From an uncultured Methanosarcinales archaeon (GTDB lineage: Archaea; Nanobdellota; Nanobdellia; Woesearchaeales; GW2011-AR9): a stretch of DNA of 64,000 nucleotides. Where the stretch lies: NCBI GenBank assembly GCA_964362365.1, contig CAYIEF010000003.1, forward strand, positions 79 through 64,078, written 5' to 3'. The first letter of the stretch is position 1. Each line of letters opens with the position of its first letter. Shown here in pieces: positions 60,001-64,000 of this stretch. The notes beneath the pieces were generated by a model that saw only the letters and a program-made list of their open reading frames with translations, searched no databases and had not been told where the DNA came from. The position numbers were made by a program, and so were the translations under genes.

Positions 60001-62456
60001 TCGTCGATGGTTCCGTTGAAGAAATTACCGGGGGAAGTTTCATCAATGATCCCTATAAAAACTTTTTCTGAATCTGCCCAAGCAGTAGAGTTTACGCTAC
60101 TAAAAGCACAAGCAGTTGCTGCAACTTCTGATCCGTTAAGAAATACCGCCGAATGTGTTCCATTATACCTTCCAGTTATATGATTCCATGACCGCTCTGC
60201 TATCCCCCCTCCCGTGGCGGTGCATAATCCGGTACCATTAGCAGTAATATAAAATCTTGATTCGTTAGTATTTGGGAGCTGAAGTTGGAAAAAGGCATCG
60301 CTGTTGGTAGTATCAGACCTCGCTATAACTGCTTGATGATTATTTTGTACACGGTATGTCCAAACCCAGGCGCTAAAAGTACATCCATTATTACACATTG
60401 TTTTAAAATAATCTTTATCTCCTAAATCTATATAATCATTAACACCGTCAAATTGATACGCTCCTTTCCCATCATAGCCTGCTGTTGCATTCCATAAAAC
60501 TCCATTAGTCTCATTTCCATGATTTTGTAACCCAGAATAATCCCGACTATTGTTGTAATTCGTTCCATTCACCTCTTCAAAGGGCATGTTCAATACCGCG
60601 ATCGGCGTATCGTTCACCAGCCAGTTATAGATCACTTTCACACTATCACCATTAGGGTCAGCTGTTGAGGTATACGCGGTAAGATTTACACTAGTATCAT
60701 TGCTGGTAAGATTAGTGCTGTTTAAGGTGAAAGATTGGATCACTGCCGGATAAATAATCATCGATTGCTCCATCATCGCCCCATCATCAGTTCCGTTATT
60801 TGGCGTTACTTGCACCGTCCATTTGTCTCCTTTATTTACTTCCTGGTTTACCAGGACATTGGATTGGTTTCTCCAGATGGCATAGATTTGTTCTGCGGAG
60901 ATTAATCGGTTGAAAATCATCAATTCGTCGATGGTTCCGTTCCAAAGGCCTCCTAGTTCCGGCCAGTTTCCAACATGAAGGTTGTTGGTATTGTTTATGC
61001 TGCCGCTTCGTGTGCCAATGGAAACATTGCTTCCATTGGGCTGTCCATTGATATATAACGTTGCCGATGCATCCCGGTCAAAGGTTATTGCGAAATGGTA
61101 CCAGTTCCCGTCGGTAACTTGCGCTGAACTCGGGAATCCGCTAGTCGTAGCGCCGGAGGCATCCCTTATGTAAATAGAGAGTCTTCCCAGCGCAGTAGCT
61201 ACCCTGACTGCATATCCCTCAAATGTTCCAGCATTATTTTTGCTGATGACAGTCATGGTAGGATCTGTAGAAGGGGTGTACGCCCGGTCTGTTCTAATCC
61301 AGGCCATAACCGTAAAATCATTTGTCCCCATATCGAGGCTATCATCATCTGTTATATTGATAAATTGTTGAGAACCGGGAGTATTAACTAACTCGAATGA
61401 TCCATTGTGATCGTAACCGCCGGTGGAGTTCCAGACTGCCCTATGTACTGATCCATTGTTGCTGTAAGGTGTATAATCTTTTGCCCCATTGGTTGTTCCG
61501 CTGGAATTTCCGCTCAGCGATCCTCCCTCAAAGGGCATGTTCAGTACGGCGATCGATGAATCATTTCTCAGCCAATTATAGATGGCTTTTTGCGAGGCAT
61601 CGGTAAGCGTAGCGTACGCAGTAAGGTTGACTGCATTATTTCCCTGGGTGACATAAGTGGTGTTTAACAACAGCCGGGTGACTTGCGCATTGGCTAAGAG
61701 GGTAAGATCTTCTGGAAAAATATTTTCAATTATTGAATCAATGATCGAACGGAATATTGATTTCTCTTCTACTACTGGCGCAACTTCCAGTCCCTCTTCT
61801 ACAACTTCTTCAGTTTCCGTCCAATTGTCAGCAATAGGTCCCCTTACTTCAGGAATGTCTTCCTCAACTTGCTCCTCTTCTTCAACAGGAATTTCAACTT
61901 CTTCTGCTGGAGGATTTTCAACTATCGGTTCTTCTTCTGGAATTTCTGTACTTGGCTCTTCCACTACCGGCTCTTCGATGATCGGCTGTATTCCAACCAC
62001 TGCGCCAGTTAGTGCATTGTTTCCAGAGCTATATTTTTTCAGCAACGCAACTATTTTATCACTCCAAGAGCTGGTCCAAGAAATTGAACTTTCTTCTAAA
62101 GGCATTTCTTGATTTTCCCCATAATTATGATGTATTATCAATCCAGCAAAGGCAAAAACGACGATAAAGAGCGATAACCATCCGAATAATTTCACATTAT
62201 TATGCTTTTTCTGTTCACTTTCCAATGCCGTAATCTTAGCATTAATACTCTGCAGCCCGGCCAGATTCTGATGCAATTCTTTGGTTTCATATTCCAATAA
62301 TGTTCTCAGCTGCAGCTCCCGAGTTTTCCGCCTTGACTCTTTTTCTATCTGATACAGATACAAAGTCTTCTCTCGTTTCTGGGTCAAGACTTTCACTGCC
62401 CGCTCTACCTCGGTCTTCCTCTTTTTCCAGTACGCTGCCTCCTTATGCTGGTTCAT
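57099..62456 (-). CDS. giant surface glycoprotein with four LamG-like repeats
   Basis: Repeated FT..AWI..W.H...TFD..FNGTIDE..IFNRSLS; many NxS/T sequons; N-terminal coiled coil + TM. Confidence 0.85.
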   Translation of the reverse strand: MNQHKEAAYWKKRKTEVERAVKVLTQKREKTLYLYQIEKESRRKTRELQLRTLLEYETKELHQNLAGLQSINAKITALESEQKKHNNVKLFGWLSLFIVVFAFAGLIIHHNYGENQEMPLEESSISWTSSWSDKIVALLKKYSSGNNALTGAVVGIQPIIEEPVVEEPSTEIPEEEPIVENPPAEEVEIPVEEEEQVEEDIPEVRGPIADNWTETEEVVEEGLEVAPVVEEKSIFRSIIDSIIENIFPEDLTLLANAQVTRLLLNTTYVTQGNNAVNLTAYATLTDASQKAIYNWLRNDSSIAVLNMPFEGGSLSGNSSGTTNGAKDYTPYSNNGSVHRAVWNSTGGYDHNGSFELVNTPGSQQFINITDDDSLDMGTNDFTVMAWIRTDRAYTPSTDPTMTVISKNNAGTFEGYAVRVATALGRLSIYIRDASGATTSGFPSSAQVTDGNWYHFAITFDRDASATLYINGQPNGSNVSIGTRSGSINNTNNLHVGNWPELGGLWNGTIDELMIFNRLISAEQIYAIWRNQSNVLVNQEVNKGDKWTVQVTPNNGTDDGAMMEQSMIIYPAVIQSFTLNSTNLTSNDTSVNLTAYTSTADPNGDSVKVIYNWLVNDTPIAVLNMPFEEVNGTNYNNSRDYSGLQNHGNETNGVLWNATAGYDGKGAYQFDGVNDYIDLGDKDYFKTMCNNGCTFSAWVWTYRVQNNHQAVIARSDTTNSDAFFQLQLPNTNESRFYITANGTGLCTATGGGIAERSWNHITGRYNGTHSAVFLNGSEVAATACAFSSVNSTAWADSEKVFIGIIDETSPGNFFNGTIDEVMVWNRSLPAEQIYALWRNQTDVIVAQETVRGENWTVQATPNDGFSDGTFADGTIAIKAKNETILNGKPVITALVLNSTNVTSNNTNVNLTAYATTSDADPDDTVKVIYNWLRNGSSFTVLNMPFEGGSLNGNSSGTTNGAKDYTPYSNNGSVHRASWNSTGGYDNNGAYKFVNNPTGTRQFINITDDDTLDIGTNDFTVTAWIKYNESGDSTGSGYRILSKRNSSNTGYELFIEAATSAGLQRLAFSLNDGTGTVFGGAASATDLDDDKWHHVAVTFDRDASATYYVDGVPDGSPPNRAISARQGSLANTAHLTIGMINPEVGAAAGANDFNGTIDELMIFNRSLSAGQIYAIWRNQTNTIVANETVGGEKWSVQATPNDGYEDGQLVMSSNITIRTTPNITTLVLNTTNLSSNKTEVNLTAYATVVEPDGDSVRVIYNWLRNETSIALLNLPFEGGSLSGNSTGTTNGAKDYTPFSYNGTVFNAFWNSTGGYDNRGAFEFVNAPDSRQFINITDNGNLDIGTNDFTLMAWIKSNVSMDLNDITSMVIIGKRDSNNKGYRLAIQTTPARRRLSFLLGDGISLASGSADSATDLVDNKWHHVAVTFDRGASATYYVDGVPDGSPPTRSISALSGKSVANTVHLAIGIDSPEAFAGVNGFNGTIDEVIIFNRSLSAAQIYAIWRNQSNVITTNETVRGENWTVQATPNDGTEDGPLVISNNLTIVNTAPTIPVLWNLTNRSTVTTRTPTFVWNVSNDADGEAVTYRIQVDDNILFNNLEVNVGGITNTTINNVTYTLSTELGVDTSYFWRVLANDSLNAGSISETRNFTVQSYLAINVTEETVAFGTLPVGANVSTPNNASPFRVENVGNIIANITVTGTAFFTAVSMPSSFYRFKIRANESGAFNTTASATEWNQTNSTLGANIFHVINLDWHSISNDFLTDLNISVPGNETPGSKTSTMTFTITG

Positions 62457-62979
62457 GTTTATCTCGAGCTCGTTTCATGAGCACCGCAACTGTGTTGGGC
62501 GTTCTATGCAGCAATCTTGCGATCTGCTTGTTGGAAAGATGATGGACAGAATTCAGGTAGAAGACGATGCTTTCCAGGAAACTATATCTACGTTTTTTGA
62601 AAATTGAAAAGGGAAGAAAATATCGCTCATCTTCGATCAAGAAAATCTGTTTTTTCTTTTTCCGCGATCTCTGATAGGTCGCCCAAATACTTTTTTGATC
62701 CCGATGCAACTCTGAAGCAATCTCTTGAAAAGAAAGAGCTTCATTCTCTTTCAGAAATTTATAGAGCGATTCCGCCGGATCAAGCGAAGAAGAAAAAACC
62801 GACAAAGGGATGGACGCTTCCTCTTTCGCGGCCTGGAAAGTCTCAATCAACTCCGGCAATTGCAATCCCTGCTCTTTATGCAGCCGCTGCAGAATAATTT
62901 TCAATAACTGTTGAGAGCTGATGGTAGATAAAAGCGAATCTAGCAGTACATCTCCCTCTTTTTTGCTTTTTGCTTCCAC
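62443..62979 (-). CDS. tandem sigma70-region-4-like HTH protein
   Basis: LSFQEIASELHRD..IWATY and LSNKQIARLLHR. Confidence 0.7.
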   Translation of the reverse strand: MEAKSKKEGDVLLDSLLSTISSQQLLKIILQRLHKEQGLQLPELIETFQAAKEEASIPLSVFSSSLDPAESLYKFLKENEALSFQEIASELHRDQKSIWATYQRSRKKKKQIFLIEDERYFLPFSIFKKRRYSFLESIVFYLNSVHHLSNKQIARLLHRTPNTVAVLMKRARDKHEPA

Positions 62980-63198
62980 TAAACTCTAGGCAGGAGATTT
63001 TTTCTTTTTATAAATCTTTTTATTTATTTTTCTTAACAAATAAAGAATAATACTCTCTTTTTATTAATAAATATCTATTTATATCTTAAAAAAATCTCTA
63101 TATATTAATTAAACGGTCTTTGTTTTAAGTGGATCTTGCTAAAAAGAAAAGTATATAAATGGCTTTTACCTCCTAAACGGAGAAAAGTGATGTAAAAG

Positions 63199-63480
63199 AT
63201 GGCAAAAAGAGAGGCTGGTCGAAATAGGCGAAGTTCTCACAGAGCACATAAATCTAAACCGGACGATATTTCTGCCCAGACTCTTATGGCTATGGTCATT
63301 TTAGTATTAGTGGTAAGCGTTCTCAGTGCAACAATGTACGTGTATACTTTTTATGGGAATGGCTATTACACCAAAGTTCAAAAATCCTTATCCCCCCCTC
63401 AAGTTATGGAAGAAAAACCGGCAGCCTCGGGCACGGCCAGTATAGAGATAATCAAGCCGCCTGGCGACTCAGGAAAATAA
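63199..63480 (+). CDS. hypothetical single-TM protein
   Basis: TM segment; TATA upstream. Confidence 0.6.
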   Translation: MAKREAGRNRRSSHRAHKSKPDDISAQTLMAMVILVLVVSVLSATMYVYTFYGNGYYTKVQKSLSPPQVMEEKPAASGTASIEIIKPPGDSGK

Positions 63481-63503
63481 AAAGGTGTTAATAAAAAGGT
63501 GTT

Positions 63504-64000
63504 ATGATGGAGTTATCCAATAAAACTATTTTTACAATTTTAGCGGTCACTTTAGTGATAACCATCACCGGAACATTTGTTAATTTGAGTAAGTTTTATG
63601 ATTTTGGCTACCTGGGCCTGACCGGAGCAGCAGTATCGACTGATCAAGGCAACGCTACCATAACCATAACTCAACAAACCTCGATCACCAACAATTTTAA
63701 TGATATCCAGTTTGGTTCTGGGTATGTAAATTCAAGCTGCACCGTCTGCAACATGGACAGCAATGGCAGTGGAAACTTTGGATGCTGCGGCACTTTTAAT
63801 TGGACCAGAGGAAGCAGTACTGGTAATTTTTCTGGTTTTTTATTGGAGAATACCGGGAATATCAACCTTTCCTTAAACTATACCTGCGCCGGGAACTGTA
63901 CCGCTGCTCAGTTCATCGGCGGAACCAGTCCGGCATTCCAGATAAGAGCTACCACCAATTTCAACTCCCAGCAAAGTGGAGAAGTTAGCGCTATCGATAG
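63504..64000 (+). CDS. secreted/S-layer-like protein (partial, runs off the window)
   Basis: MMELSNKTIFTILAV.. TM, LTGAAV, ENTGN motif; open to the window end. Confidence 0.7.
   Translation, partial: MMELSNKTIFTILAVTLVITITGTFVNLSKFYDFGYLGLTGAAVSTDQGNATITITQQTSITNNFNDIQFGSGYVNSSCTVCNMDSNGSGNFGCCGTFNWTRGSSTGNFSGFLLENTGNINLSLNYTCAGNCTAAQFIGGTSPAFQIRATTNFNSQQSGEVSAID

Noticed and set aside
1..64000. CRISPR array, cas genes, rRNA or prophage
   Set aside because: No regularly spaced repeats, rRNA-like tracts or virion genes were seen. Bro-N alone is not evidence of a prophage.

Overview
Archaeal chromosome segment, most likely DPANN and Woesearchaeota-like (inferred from gene content). Housekeeping genes include valS, glyS, guaB, rfcL, psmA, rrp4/41/42, rpoK, pth2, rpl44e-rps27e, aIF2-alpha, nop10, grpE-dnaK-dnaJ, a split transketolase and mutM. 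Accessory content includes six toxin-antitoxin modules (two with frameshifted toxins), an intact IS481-family element, a dead IS200 tnpA, several palindromic MITE/ncRNA-like elements and a cluster of large surface proteins. The highlight is a diversity-generating retroelement (DGR) inserted between rps27e and aIF2-alpha. Its TR and VR match over 95 bp with 14 mismatches, all at TR adenines. It has no avd gene; instead a ~290-nt multi-helix RNA fold encloses the TR. Its RT is interrupted by an in-frame 108-bp palindromic element carrying a single UGA, and a relative of this element occurs at 22.3 kb. A second TR-like remnant sits at the window start. Two tRNA genes have anticodons that do not match their bodies: a Ser-like type II body with GAU plus a T-loop BHB intron, and a Pro-like body with GGU. 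All family assignments come from motif recognition by eye, with no database searches.
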